Assembly: GCA_038831915.1 (NCBI GenBank)
Contig: JAWBKB010000009.1
Coordinates: forward strand, 1-57,674
Length of the DNA stretch: 57,674 nucleotides
Reading direction: 5' to 3'
Origin: Candidatus Caldarchaeum sp.
GTDB taxonomy: Archaea; Thermoproteota; Nitrososphaeria_A; Caldarchaeales; Caldarchaeaceae
The notes beneath the pieces are model-generated. The model was not told the origin of the DNA. It did no database searches and saw only the letters and a program-made list of their open reading frames with translations. Within the stretch, counting starts at the first letter, position 1. Each line of letters begins with the position of its first letter. This document shows, piece by piece, positions 19,832-29,572 of this stretch. The translations under genes and the position numbers were made by a program.

Positions 19832-21507
19832 CTTGTTTGAAACTCTACATTTTTGAGAAGCTCTTCGACCGTTAAATAGGTGTGCCCGACGATAAGCTTG
19901 GATAGTTTAACCACAGTGGGTACCTCGATATCATATTTCTCCAAAAATTCATAGTCTGAAAATATTGTTCGGGTTGGGCCGTCCAAAACTACGCGTCCAT
20001 CCGCCATCAGGACGACGCGGTTACAATATTTTGCTACAACCCACATATCGTGGGTAATGGTTATCAGAGTTGTTCCCATCTCATTTAGCTTTGCCACGGT
20101 ATTCATGAGTGCTGTTGTTTCGCCCGGTGAAAGGCCTGTAGTCGGCTCGTCAAGTATGATGACCCGGGGATTCAGAGCGAGTATGGAGGCGACGGCCACA
20201 CGTTGTCGGTCGGCTTTATTGAGGAAGAACGGATCTTCATCCAGTAGATTTGATATGCCGAGCATTTCGGAGACTTCTTTGACACGAGCTTCTGTCAATT
20301 GTTCCGGCATACCTGCGGCCTTCAACCCGTAGGAAATTTCCTCTCTGACAGTGTTGGAGAAGATTTGATAGTCTGGGTTTTGGAAAATATATCCTATCTC
20401 TTTCCCCCTGATCATTACGCCGAACTTAGTCATGTCTTTTCCGAAAACCAACACCTTTCCGCGAGCCGGCCTCAAAATTCCGGCTATCAGCTGAGCTAGA
20501 GTGGTCTTACCGCTACCGTTCTGACCTATCAAGCCCATCATATCTCCTTTTCGCACAACGAGGTTTAACCCCTTAATCACCCACTCATCTTTCTGGTAGC
20601 AGAACCAAATGTCCTCAAGAGTTATCGCTGGCTCGGAAGAATTGAGAGTCGGAGATGGCGGTGAATATGTCCTCAAAACCCTCGGCATGCGTTTAATTGT
20701 ATCATCTAGGCTGAGGGTATAAGGTCTCTGAATTGAACCTAGATGGTTGAAAATCATGGCGATGTCGGGAGGATGTAGGCCCAGCGCCGTCAATAATTCG
20801 ACCTCGCTCAATATGTCCGGCACAGGCCCATCCCGTATTACGCGTCCGTCCTGCATCACTACAACCTTGTCGGCGAAGGCAGCTATCTTCTCGAGATGAT
20901 GATCTACAATTACTAAGGACTTTATAATTTTCTGCTCCATCAAACCCTTAGCAACCTCGTATATCTCCCTCTTACCCAACGGGTCAAGGTCGCTGGTCGC
21001 CTCGTCGAGAATGAGGACGGACGGCTGAAGTGAAAGAAGAGAAGCAATAGCCAGTCTCTGCTTCTGGCCGCCGCTTAAAGCGAAGCTATATCTTTTCTCC
21101 AACCCTTCTAGACCTGCAGCCTTGATGGATTTCGAAACTCTTTCACGAATTTCCTCAATTGGAAGCAAAAGGTTTTCAGGTCCGAAAGCCACCTCGAGCT
21201 CGACCGTTGTCCTGAACAGCTGGGACTCATAATCTTGGAATACCATTGCGCATTTTTTGCTAATCTCTCCAACTCTAACGCCTTTGGTCGGCCTGCCGTC
21301 GATCAATACCTCGCCTTTGAAATCGTCGTAAGCTCCCATGTTTGGGATTATTCCTGTCATCACTTTACATAGCGTGGTCTTTCCAGCTCCTGTCGGGCCT
21401 ATGACCGCCAGCACTCCTTCCCCTACCTTCAGATTAACGCCTTTCAGAGCGTAATCTCTCGCGCCTCTGTACTTTACCCAAACATCCCGTAACTCTATAT
21501 GAGTCAT
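19828..21507 (-). CDS. ECF transporter fused double ATPase (EcfAA')
   Basis: Two Walker A motifs (GPTGAGKT, GQNGSGKT), LSGGQ, LDEAT/LDEPT. Start reassigned to MTHIEL. Confidence 0.92.
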   Translation of the reverse strand: MTHIELRDVWVKYRGARDYALKGVNLKVGEGVLAVIGPTGAGKTTLCKVMTGIIPNMGAYDDFKGEVLIDGRPTKGVRVGEISKKCAMVFQDYESQLFRTTVELEVAFGPENLLLPIEEIRERVSKSIKAAGLEGLEKRYSFALSGGQKQRLAIASLLSLQPSVLILDEATSDLDPLGKREIYEVAKGLMEQKIIKSLVIVDHHLEKIAAFADKVVVMQDGRVIRDGPVPDILSEVELLTALGLHPPDIAMIFNHLGSIQRPYTLSLDDTIKRMPRVLRTYSPPSPTLNSSEPAITLEDIWFCYQKDEWVIKGLNLVVRKGDMMGLIGQNGSGKTTLAQLIAGILRPARGKVLVFGKDMTKFGVMIRGKEIGYIFQNPDYQIFSNTVREEISYGLKAAGMPEQLTEARVKEVSEMLGISNLLDEDPFFLNKADRQRVAVASILALNPRVIILDEPTTGLSPGETTALMNTVAKLNEMGTTLITITHDMWVVAKYCNRVVLMADGRVVLDGPTRTIFSDYEFLEKYDIEVPTVVKLSKLIVGHTYLTVEELLKNVEFQTR

Positions 21508-21524
21508 AAAAATGAGTGGAGTGT

Positions 21525-22331
21525 TTAGTCTTTCGCCAGCAACGCCATTCCGACGGCGAATATCAATATGAAGATTCCGCCGACCGCGAGCAACGAGGCA
21601 TCCGCGAAACCGACCGCCGGGCCGAAGAACAACGCCTGGCCCAGACCGAGCCCGACCAATATTGTTATCCACAGACCGATGACACCGCTGAAGAAGACAA
21701 GCGCCGCTCCGAGCTTGTGGTAGCTTTTTACTTCAGTAGGCGTGTACTGGTATCCCTTCATCACATCGGTCCAAAGCCAGCCGGCTTTTTTCGCTCGAGG
21801 ATATACGAGAACCATCAGTATAGGCGCTATTATTCCCGCCGAGACCACCTCATTGAAGAAGATGATAAATGCCAGCGGAGTAAAGGGGACGAAGCCGACG
21901 AGCTCGGTCCAGTATGGTATTATTAGGGCGACGACTCCGGCATGCGTCAAGATAACGAACTCGAATTTTGCGAGGCTCGACAGAGTTCTGCAGTGCGGCT
22001 CCTCCTTGAAAAGTCTGTGCCATAATTTGTAGGGCACGAGGCCGAGGAAGAAGTTGCCGATGAAGCCGCCGATGCTGCCGATGGTCAAAGCTCCTCCGAG
22101 GATGTCGAAGCCTATCAGGTTTCCGACCGCAGAACCCCAAGCTGCTGCAGGGCCAAACAGTAGGCTGGTGAATGGTGGTATGGCGTTTCCGGGCCGGACG
22201 GCCGTCACTCCCGGAATAATCCAAATGGGCAGCGCCGCGAAGACGAAGAGAAGCGCCGCGTAGAGACCTGCTGAAACGATGAAAGCTGTTATCATTTGGG
22301 TGTGGGACCACATTCTAATTAGTTCTTTCAC
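21525..22331 (-). CDS. ECF transporter S component (QueT-like family)
   Basis: ALYAALL...RPGNAIP...LLFGPAAAWGSAVGNLIG; first gene of the ECF operon. Confidence 0.75.
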   Translation of the reverse strand: MKELIRMWSHTQMITAFIVSAGLYAALLFVFAALPIWIIPGVTAVRPGNAIPPFTSLLFGPAAAWGSAVGNLIGFDILGGALTIGSIGGFIGNFFLGLVPYKLWHRLFKEEPHCRTLSSLAKFEFVILTHAGVVALIIPYWTELVGFVPFTPLAFIIFFNEVVSAGIIAPILMVLVYPRAKKAGWLWTDVMKGYQYTPTEVKSYHKLGAALVFFSGVIGLWITILVGLGLGQALFFGPAVGFADASLLAVGGIFILIFAVGMALLAKD

Positions 22332-22695
22332 AGCCTATGTAATGTAAATCAAATAAATAACGTTTACGCTACATGGTTGGGCTGCATGAGTATTCGCCGT
22401 GATATTGCAGCACTGAATGATGTTTGTGTTCGACCAAGTTTCTGCGGAATACGACCATGATTTTCACATATGATGTTCATAGAGAGCTAGTAACCAGCTT
22501 CATCAAAGCAAAGCAACGGAGACGTGTCAACGCATGGCTCGCCAGTCTAGACGCCGGTGACGTCAATTATGTCGGCTTTGCTCGAGGAATTATTCTATGG
22601 AGTAACAGAAATCGGAATCATTTCAGACCCGAGAGGCAACGAATTAGAGTTGTTAAGATGCCGTATATGCCGCGGACATTAGACTGGATAAAAAT

Positions 22696-23211
22696 TTGAA
22701 GACGCCGAGAAAATTTAAATCATCAAAAGGATGTTTCAGCTCAGCTTTGACCTCATACAAGCTGGCTAATCAGCTGACGTCTTTTTCGCCAGTTATCGGT
22801 GTAATTCTGCTCGCCAGCGTCATAGTCGCATTCTGGCAGCATGAAGCTTCGATGGACGACATGATGAGACGCATGATGGGGCCGCCGATGTTTAACATGA
22901 TGTTGTGGATGTATTTCCCCATAATATTGGTTTCAATCCTTCTAATCGTGATGCCACTGATTTTCCATCCACATCCGAAAACAGCTACCGCTGAAATGAT
23001 AGGGTTAACCGAGGAAGAGAAAAACGTAGTCGAGTTTCTCAAAGCAAATAGAGGAATGGCTGAGCAAAGAGACATTTCAAAATCACTGGGCTTAACACGT
23101 CTCAAAACTCATCGGATCGTGTCATCTCTTAGGAAACGTGGAGTGGTGGAAGTCAAACCCCACGGCAGAACAAATGTGGTAATGCTGAAAAACATCCGCG
23201 AAGCCGCATGA
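22696..23211 (+). CDS. Membrane-anchored wHTH transcriptional regulator with Met-rich loop
   Basis: Two TM segments flank MDDMMRRMMGPPM, then LTEEEKNVV...QRDISKSLGLTRLKTHRIVSSLRKRGVV...GRTNVV. Start uncertain. Confidence 0.8.
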   Translation: MKTPRKFKSSKGCFSSALTSYKLANQLTSFSPVIGVILLASVIVAFWQHEASMDDMMRRMMGPPMFNMMLWMYFPIILVSILLIVMPLIFHPHPKTATAEMIGLTEEEKNVVEFLKANRGMAEQRDISKSLGLTRLKTHRIVSSLRKRGVVEVKPHGRTNVVMLKNIREAA

Positions 23212-23356
23212 CTACCGTTACAAGCGGTTTCCATCTATGAGAAGCTGTAAATACTGTCGCATGTTGAACACAGCCGAGCCGTGTATGCTTTTGGGTATGA
23301 GGTGTCCTACGGACAGGGACTTTGACGTAAAATATGTCTCCAGGATTATCACTGGC

Positions 23357-24301
23357 TTATGACGTAGTCATCATTGAGAGAATTTTCAGCCAGTCGTCCT
23401 CGGTCAACGTTCCAAACCTTTTCTCGTAAATTATTTCCCCTTTGGTGTTGATGGCGAATATAGTTTCCTGTATCACGACTCGGAGGTCGGTGATAAATTC
23501 CAAGTTGGGCAAAGTTACCAACCAGTTTTTCGGAGCGTTGTGAATTTCGAGGAACTGTCTTATTTTGGATGATGTGTCGCCGGGGTCGAAGCTGGTGAGC
23601 AGAACAGTGACTTTGTTTTCGAACTGTGGGTAGGCTGCCGCGAGTGTCTTGATGTTTTTGCTGCATGTCGGACACCATGTCGCGAAAAAGACCAGCAGAA
23701 CAGGCTTTCCATCCAAAAGGAGTTGGGAAACGGTAATAGTTTTCCCGTCAAGCAACGTAAGCGGGATTTTAAAGGAATCTTGGTGGCTGTCCTGATGGTG
23801 ATGGATTTCATGGCCGGTTGATTGCCGCAGAAAAGATTCCAAAACTTTGTCCCATCCAAAAACTTCACCACCCCGGTTTTTCGCGAAATCAAGAGCCGAC
23901 GATAATGATTTGAACGCGATGTATCCGTGACGCATCGGTGTTTTCACCTCCGAGCCTTTCACGAACCAAGCGGCTGAAGCTTCAACGAGGTCGCCGCCGT
24001 CGAACGTGTAAACCATCACTTTTTCAACTTGAGCCGCTGGCCACGTTGACCTGACAGGCTCAATCTCTCCTTTGAAAGACAGGTAGTGAATAAGCATGCA
24101 GCCGATGTCGTCGTACATGAGACGCCGCCTGTCGACAACCATTTCCGCGGCGAACTCTTTTCTTTCAATTTTCATACCGCAGTAGCTGCAGGTTTGCTCT
24201 GCAAGCTGCTGAATCTCTCCTGTGTTTCTGAAAAACAGCAGATAGCCAGCTGTGGCAACCACTGCTGCGCCAGCCGACGCGATGAAGACGCGTCGTTTCA
24301 T
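23357..24301 (-). CDS. Tat-exported NosL-like copper chaperone fused to a TlpA/redoxin domain
   Basis: MKRRVFI signal; NosL motifs CSYCGM, YDDIGC and TPMRHG; His-rich linker; FFATWCPTC thioredoxin motif. Confidence 0.8.
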   Translation of the reverse strand: MKRRVFIASAGAAVVATAGYLLFFRNTGEIQQLAEQTCSYCGMKIERKEFAAEMVVDRRRLMYDDIGCMLIHYLSFKGEIEPVRSTWPAAQVEKVMVYTFDGGDLVEASAAWFVKGSEVKTPMRHGYIAFKSLSSALDFAKNRGGEVFGWDKVLESFLRQSTGHEIHHHQDSHQDSFKIPLTLLDGKTITVSQLLLDGKPVLLVFFATWCPTCSKNIKTLAAAYPQFENKVTVLLTSFDPGDTSSKIRQFLEIHNAPKNWLVTLPNLEFITDLRVVIQETIFAINTKGEIIYEKRFGTLTEDDWLKILSMMTTS

Positions 24302-24753
24302 GACACCACCTCTACAACTCCCGTCATCCATGAATGTAGGTAGCAGGTATAGCGATATGTTCCGGGGACGGTGAAAACATCTGTAATCCGTGTTCCATGC
24401 GGAAGGGTGTAGTCGAAAAGCCTGTCGACGCCCGTCACCGTGTGCACTGCCATGTCGTCATTGACCCATGTTACGGTGTTGTTGACGCCGATCACCAGCC
24501 TAACATAGGGAGGGCTGAACGTCATCGATGTGTTTGAGCTGGAGCCGAACGGGTTGAGGACGATGACTTTCACCGGTTCGCTTGATTCATGTAAGGGTTT
24601 TGGCTGCGTGTAGGTTGATTCGGTCAACGTCGTCATAAGTGTTGAATCGGGTGTCCAAGTTTTTTGACTGGTGTGATGAGGGAGGGTCAAAAACAAAAAT
24701 GAAATAGCAAGCACCGCTGCGACTGCAAAGAAAGCAAGGAGGGGTTTTCGCAA
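24298..24753 (-). CDS. Membrane-anchored blue copper protein (plastocyanin/halocyanin-like)
   Basis: VTWVNDDMAVHTVT...PGTYRYTCYLHSWMTG gives T1 ligands H/C/H/M. Confidence 0.9.
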   Translation of the reverse strand: MRKPLLAFFAVAAVLAISFLFLTLPHHTSQKTWTPDSTLMTTLTESTYTQPKPLHESSEPVKVIVLNPFGSSSNTSMTFSPPYVRLVIGVNNTVTWVNDDMAVHTVTGVDRLFDYTLPHGTRITDVFTVPGTYRYTCYLHSWMTGVVEVVS

Positions 24754-24755
24754 CG

Positions 24756-25772
24756 CTACTCCTCGAGGATAAATATGCCTATCATGCCTGCGTCGGCGTG
24801 GCTGACGACGTGGCAGTGGAATAAGTAGACTCCTGGCTTGTTCAGAACATAGATGATGGTGTCGGCTGCTCCAGGGACTAGTGGAACCACTTGTGCGGGC
24901 CAGCTTCTTCCTCCGAGAACATATTGGCTGCGGAGGTCTCCGACGTGGGCGTGGAAACTGTGATAGAGGTCGCCGATGTTGATGATGTGAAGTCTGATTC
25001 TTTCACCCGCTTTAGCCTTGAACACGGGCATCGATTTGTTGAATAGCTCAGCAACTCCCTGAAGACCTTTCAGACGTGGAAAGACCTTGCTCTGGCCGAC
25101 GTAAACAAGTTCAAGCTCGTGTTCGCCGCCGGGAACGCCCATACCATTCATGATGTAGAAGGGTCTCGGGCCCGTACCGGTTATCGCTCCTCTTACAGCA
25201 GGAGTTTCAGCCATGAAGATGACAAAGTTACGTGCAGGCGGCTCATCGATTTCATCAACTATTATTGCCCCGTACAACCCCATCAACATGTGGTCGACGA
25301 TTCGAAATCCTCCGTCGGCTGAATGGCAGTGATAATACCAGATGCCCGCTTTCGTGGCCGGCCATTCATACACCCATTCACCGCCCGGTGGAATCATCGA
25401 ACCTTTTCCCACACCTGTCAAGATGTTTATCTGGCTTCCGTCGTGCTGCAGCTCATAATACGGCAAGTGTGGATGAAGGCTGTGGGTGAGGTTGAGTTTG
25501 TTTATGGCCCTGACTCGGATGAGGTCGCCGACTTTGGCGTATAGCGTGGGGCCTGGGATGGTGCCGTTGTATGTCCACGCGTTCCATATCACTCCGGGAG
25601 CGAGCTCTATCTGCGCCGGCTCGATGAAAATAGTGTATTCACGAACGTTTTCAGCCTGAGCTCCAACCCGGAAGATGTTGGGAAACACTGACGGCGTCCA
25701 GAACAACGCCGTAACGAATCCGAGGAGGAAGCCGGAAACTATCAACCCCACGACGATGTAACCAGTTTTCAT
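24756..25772 (-). CDS. Two-domain multicopper oxidase
   Basis: Domain 1 HSLHPH and YYHCH...DHMLMGL; domain 2 HSFHAH and LFHCHVVSHADAGM; N-terminal signal/TM. Start reassigned to MKTGY. Confidence 0.88.
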   Translation of the reverse strand: MKTGYIVVGLIVSGFLLGFVTALFWTPSVFPNIFRVGAQAENVREYTIFIEPAQIELAPGVIWNAWTYNGTIPGPTLYAKVGDLIRVRAINKLNLTHSLHPHLPYYELQHDGSQINILTGVGKGSMIPPGGEWVYEWPATKAGIWYYHCHSADGGFRIVDHMLMGLYGAIIVDEIDEPPARNFVIFMAETPAVRGAITGTGPRPFYIMNGMGVPGGEHELELVYVGQSKVFPRLKGLQGVAELFNKSMPVFKAKAGERIRLHIINIGDLYHSFHAHVGDLRSQYVLGGRSWPAQVVPLVPGAADTIIYVLNKPGVYLFHCHVVSHADAGMIGIFILEE

Positions 25773-25827
25773 ACCGAAAGAAAGTGACAAGGGGCATTTT
25801 AACTTGGCGATAGGTTGATTACACCGC

Positions 25828-25841
25828 CCTAACATATTAGG
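25828..25841. promoter_or_regulatory. Short inverted repeat CCTAA-N4-TTAGG in the divergent MCO/regulator promoter
   Basis: cctaacatattagg read directly; operator role is inferred. Confidence 0.3.
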
Positions 25842-25849
25842 TATGGAAC

Positions 25850-26464
25850 TTGCTGGAGGCGGCGTTTAGGGTTAAAGTTGAATGCCCATGGATTTCACGT
25901 TTAGAAAACCAACTCGCTAAAGTGAAAATTCTGAGCTGCCGTCCCGTGTTTGGTGAAATGGGTGCAAGCGCTTTCGTCAGCTTCAGCTCGAAACACGACC
26001 CCGCAACCATACAAAAGGTCGTGATGCAGTGCCGCGACGTAGTGAAGGCGGAATTCAGGAAAACAACGCGGATCAGCGGAGTCGGAATCGTTGAATCCAT
26101 AAGATGTCCCTGCAGCAGAATAGGATTGGCGTTTACCCATGTTTTGAAAGTCGATGTACGTGAAGATGAAATGGTTTTCCACGTCGTCGTGTATAATCGC
26201 AAAGAGGTGGAAAAATTGGCGGAACATATGAAAGGTAGCGGCGTGCCTTTCGCACTCGACAGCATAAAACCGGTCAACCCGAAAAAGTTTCTCACACCGC
26301 GTCAAGAACAGATTCTCATGCACGCATATATGAGGGGATATTTTGAATATCCAAGGCCGAGCTCCATCAGGGAGATGGCGAAAGATTTCGGCGTCTCCAC
26401 TCCCACCTACGTAGAAACCCTTCGGAAAGCGTTGGCAAAAGTCGTTTCGTCGGTTGTCTTTTAG
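25850..26464 (+). CDS. Bacterio-opsin-activator (HTH_10) type transcriptional regulator
   Basis: LTPRQEQIL..AY.RGYFEYPR....EMAKDFGVS.PT..ETLRKA. Confidence 0.9.
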   Translation: MLEAAFRVKVECPWISRLENQLAKVKILSCRPVFGEMGASAFVSFSSKHDPATIQKVVMQCRDVVKAEFRKTTRISGVGIVESIRCPCSRIGLAFTHVLKVDVREDEMVFHVVVYNRKEVEKLAEHMKGSGVPFALDSIKPVNPKKFLTPRQEQILMHAYMRGYFEYPRPSSIREMAKDFGVSTPTYVETLRKALAKVVSSVVF

Positions 26465-26500
26465 CAGACCTTAATAACACCAGCACTCCACGGGCTTCAG

Positions 26501-27442
26501 ATGTATTCAGTGGTCTGCGAAAATTTGAAGAAGCAGTACGTTACGAAGAAAGGGTTTGTCGGAGGGAAGAAGCAGGTAATCAACGCTGTCGACGGTGTTT
26601 CTTTACGGATAGAGGAAGGCAAGATTTTCGGGTTGGTCGGGCCAAACGGAGCTGGAAAAACCACCACCATCAAAATTCTCTCCACTCTGTTGATTCCTGA
26701 CTCGGGCCGTGTATGGATAAACGGGTTTGACGTCGTCAAGGAAGCAAACAAAGTACGTCAAATGATTGGACTCGTTCTTTCACCAGACAAAGGGTTTTAC
26801 CCTCGTCTGACAGGGTTTGAAAACCTCGTCTACTATGGCAGGCTCTACGGATTGAGTAAGGAGGAAGCACAAAGACGTGCAGCCGCTCTTCTTGAAGAAG
26901 TTGGTCTCGGCGACGGCAGCCGCTACTTCGAGCAATACAGTCTCGGAATGAAAGCCAAACTGAGTTTGGCGAAAGCTTTAATCAACGACCCATCAGTCAT
27001 CTTCCTCGACGAACCAACCCTTGGCCTCGACCCTCTTTCGGCTAAGAAAATCAGAGCATTGATATCGGAGCTGTCACGGATGGGTAAAACCATTCTCCTG
27101 ACCAGTCATAACATGTGGGAAATTGAAAACCTCTCAGAGCGAGTGGCTTTAATCAATCGAGGCCGTGTGGCGGCGATTGGATCTCCACGTGAATTAAAGG
27201 AGAGGCTTGGGTTGTCGTATGTTCTGGAGGTCGAAGTTATCGGCGACAACGACGTTGACTTACATCACCCTGTTCAGATAAATGAACGCGGCTATCCAGT
27301 TATCACAGTGAAATCTTCAACCCCGGCTGAGGATTTGGTCAAAATCATCGACGAGCTGAGAAACCGGGGAAACAGAGTCGGCTACGTCAAAGTCAGCGAA
27401 CCAAGCTTTGAAGAAGTTTTCGCCAAGGTAGTGTCCAGTTGA
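26501..27442 (+). CDS. ABC-2 exporter ATP-binding protein
   Basis: GPNGAGKTT, YSLGM and LDEPT motifs. Confidence 0.92.
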   Translation: MYSVVCENLKKQYVTKKGFVGGKKQVINAVDGVSLRIEEGKIFGLVGPNGAGKTTTIKILSTLLIPDSGRVWINGFDVVKEANKVRQMIGLVLSPDKGFYPRLTGFENLVYYGRLYGLSKEEAQRRAAALLEEVGLGDGSRYFEQYSLGMKAKLSLAKALINDPSVIFLDEPTLGLDPLSAKKIRALISELSRMGKTILLTSHNMWEIENLSERVALINRGRVAAIGSPRELKERLGLSYVLEVEVIGDNDVDLHHPVQINERGYPVITVKSSTPAEDLVKIIDELRNRGNRVGYVKVSEPSFEEVFAKVVSS

Positions 27443-28215
27443 AAATCTTTAACCAGTTTTTCGCGGTTTTCGAAGCTGAGCTCAGAAGCTACCTCCGTGA
27501 AGTCGGCCCTCTCGCGTTCATCGCCGTCACTCCAATCATGTTCTCAACCCTAACCTACAGCATCGGCGGAGTCCTCACAGTTGGAAAAGCAGAAGTCGAA
27601 ACATGGTTTTACCAGCTAATCGGATTTTCCTTCATGACTATTTCCATCGTGATGACTAATTCCGCTGCATGGTATTTTAGGCGGGGAATGATGTCGGGCC
27701 GGCTCGAATATTCGATGGTTTCGCCGGTCAACCCTGTCATCTTTGTTTCAGCAAATTCTCTCGCAAACGTTCTCGCGTCGCTGCTGGCGTTAGTCTTTGC
27801 GGGAATTTTCGGCACAGTAGTTGTTTATGGGTTGTCGAAAATTTCTAACTTTTTGGCGGCGTTGTTGATAACGTTTTTCGCTTTATTGCCGGTGGTAGGC
27901 GTCAACCTTATAGTTGGAACCTTAACCATAGCCCTCAAAGAGCCTGAGCCGGTCGCCAACTCTATAGCATCTGTCATCGCCGCCACATCAGGGTTCGTCT
28001 ATCCAATCACCCTACTTCCACACGTCATGCAAATCATCGGCCAGCTGCTACCATACCATCATATGACCGAAACAGCTCGAACAGCAATAGCGGCAACCGT
28101 ATCGCCAGGACAAATCGCCGTACTCATGCTTATGATGCTGTATCTTTTCGCAGGGCTTTCGCTTTACCGATATGGTGAAAACACCTATGCGAGGAAAAAA
28201 GGAATTTCTTGGTAA
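27439..28215 (+). CDS. ABC-2 exporter permease
   Basis: About 6 TM segments; GRLEY...SPV and SGFVYPITLLP. Confidence 0.85.
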   Translation: MKIFNQFFAVFEAELRSYLREVGPLAFIAVTPIMFSTLTYSIGGVLTVGKAEVETWFYQLIGFSFMTISIVMTNSAAWYFRRGMMSGRLEYSMVSPVNPVIFVSANSLANVLASLLALVFAGIFGTVVVYGLSKISNFLAALLITFFALLPVVGVNLIVGTLTIALKEPEPVANSIASVIAATSGFVYPITLLPHVMQIIGQLLPYHHMTETARTAIAATVSPGQIAVLMLMMLYLFAGLSLYRYGENTYARKKGISW

Positions 28216-28987
28216 AGCAACGGCAGAGCTTGGCCGCGGCGTCCTAGTCTATTCCCGGTACACGGCGTGGCTGCTCGGCGACATCTTCCAATGGCCTTTC
28301 TGGATAATTTTCTTCTTTCTCTCGGTTTTAGTATACTCTCCAGCCTCGCTGGCTGACAAAGCAGTTGTCACGAATTTTTCCTTCAGCTTCTTCACTTTCA
28401 TTTTTGTTTCGTCATTCATCTGGGCATCTAGCTCCCTCAATCAAGAAGCTCAGCAGGGAATAGTAGAAAACCTTATACTCACGAACACACCGCTAAGTAT
28501 TCACCTTTTCGCGAGGATGGTGATAACATCTATCGACATTTTGGTGGGAGGTGTGATTCTTCTAACGCTTTCGCATCTTTTCTTCGGCGCTGAGCTCGCG
28601 ATAGCCCGGCCGCTCCATTTCATAGCAGCACTCGCGATAGCGTTTGTTTTCTTTCTACTGTTCACATCCGTTTTGTCAGCTGTTTTACTCGCGTTCAAAT
28701 CACCCTGGCTGATCGTCAGCCTACTTCAATTCATAATTCCGTTCAGCAGCGGTGCTTTACCGGTTGACCTTCTACACCCTGACGTGGCAAACATCGTGTC
28801 AGCGTCACCGTTCTTTTACGTCATCCATCCGATAGTCGGCTCAGCTACGGGTCGTTACTTCATTCCCGAACACATCCTCTTCACCGCCGCAATCATTTCA
28901 ACCATCCTGATGGCAATATTGGCTGTCTATGTGGAGAAGCAACTAATTCGAAAGGCTTTGAAAAAAGGAAGATTAGGAATGTTTTAA
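28172..28987 (+). CDS. ABC-2 exporter permease
   Basis: About 6 TM segments; E..QGIVE.LILT and SGALPVDLL. Start uncertain. Confidence 0.82.
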   Translation: MVKTPMRGKKEFLGKATAELGRGVLVYSRYTAWLLGDIFQWPFWIIFFFLSVLVYSPASLADKAVVTNFSFSFFTFIFVSSFIWASSSLNQEAQQGIVENLILTNTPLSIHLFARMVITSIDILVGGVILLTLSHLFFGAELAIARPLHFIAALAIAFVFFLLFTSVLSAVLLAFKSPWLIVSLLQFIIPFSSGALPVDLLHPDVANIVSASPFFYVIHPIVGSATGRYFIPEHILFTAAIISTILMAILAVYVEKQLIRKALKKGRLGMF

Positions 28988-29572
28988 CAGCTTCACGATT
29001 TCTGAAGCTATGGCTTCGGCTGACATTTCGGGTGTGAAAATTTTTCGGAGAACAAGGTTTCGGTCGCCCACGTAGATTACAGCTGAATGAGCTATGTACG
29101 CCGACTGACCTCCATCATCCAATGGGCGGACGAGATATCTTTGCCAAACATCTGCGAGCTCATCCCATGTACCGGTCAACGCAACGATGTTGGGTGAATA
29201 GCGTGATACAAATTGCTTTAGAGACTGGGGAGAGTCGCGGTATGGGTCTGTGGTTATGAACAGCATCGAGACTGATGAAGCATGTTCGCCCAAAAGTTTC
29301 TCAACCTCCATGTATCTTTTTAGAGCCATCGGACATATGTCTGGGCAGTTGCCGTAGCCGAAGAAAATCAAAACAACTTTTCCTCGAAAGCTTTCAAGAG
29401 TAATCTTTTGTCCTTCTGTGTCTGTAAGAGTAAAGGGGGGCAGTGGTTTGCCAGACGCCAATAGCGCGTTATCCAAGCCGTCTTTTGCATCTTTGAGAAA
29501 TAGTTGGAAAGAAAGGAGGAATATTGCCGCCAGAGCGGTGATTTGAAGCAGCTTGAGTATGTTTTTGTTCAT
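28973..29572 (-). CDS. SCO1/SenC copper chaperone
   Basis: FGYGNCPDICP (CxxxC), TDPYRD and conserved His in IAHSA. Confidence 0.93.
   Translation of the reverse strand: MNKNILKLLQITALAAIFLLSFQLFLKDAKDGLDNALLASGKPLPPFTLTDTEGQKITLESFRGKVVLIFFGYGNCPDICPMALKRYMEVEKLLGEHASSVSMLFITTDPYRDSPQSLKQFVSRYSPNIVALTGTWDELADVWQRYLVRPLDDGGQSAYIAHSAVIYVGDRNLVLRKIFTPEMSAEAIASEIVKLLKHS

Noticed and set aside
22424-22699. 91-aa ORF or riboswitch upstream of the ECF operon
   Set aside because: There is no recognisable protein motif or convincing RNA structure. The ECF promoter appears to lie right next to its start codon.
23357-28987. Nitrous-oxide reductase (nos) cluster
   Set aside because: A NosL domain and an ABC-2 system are present, but there is no nosZ or nosD in the window.
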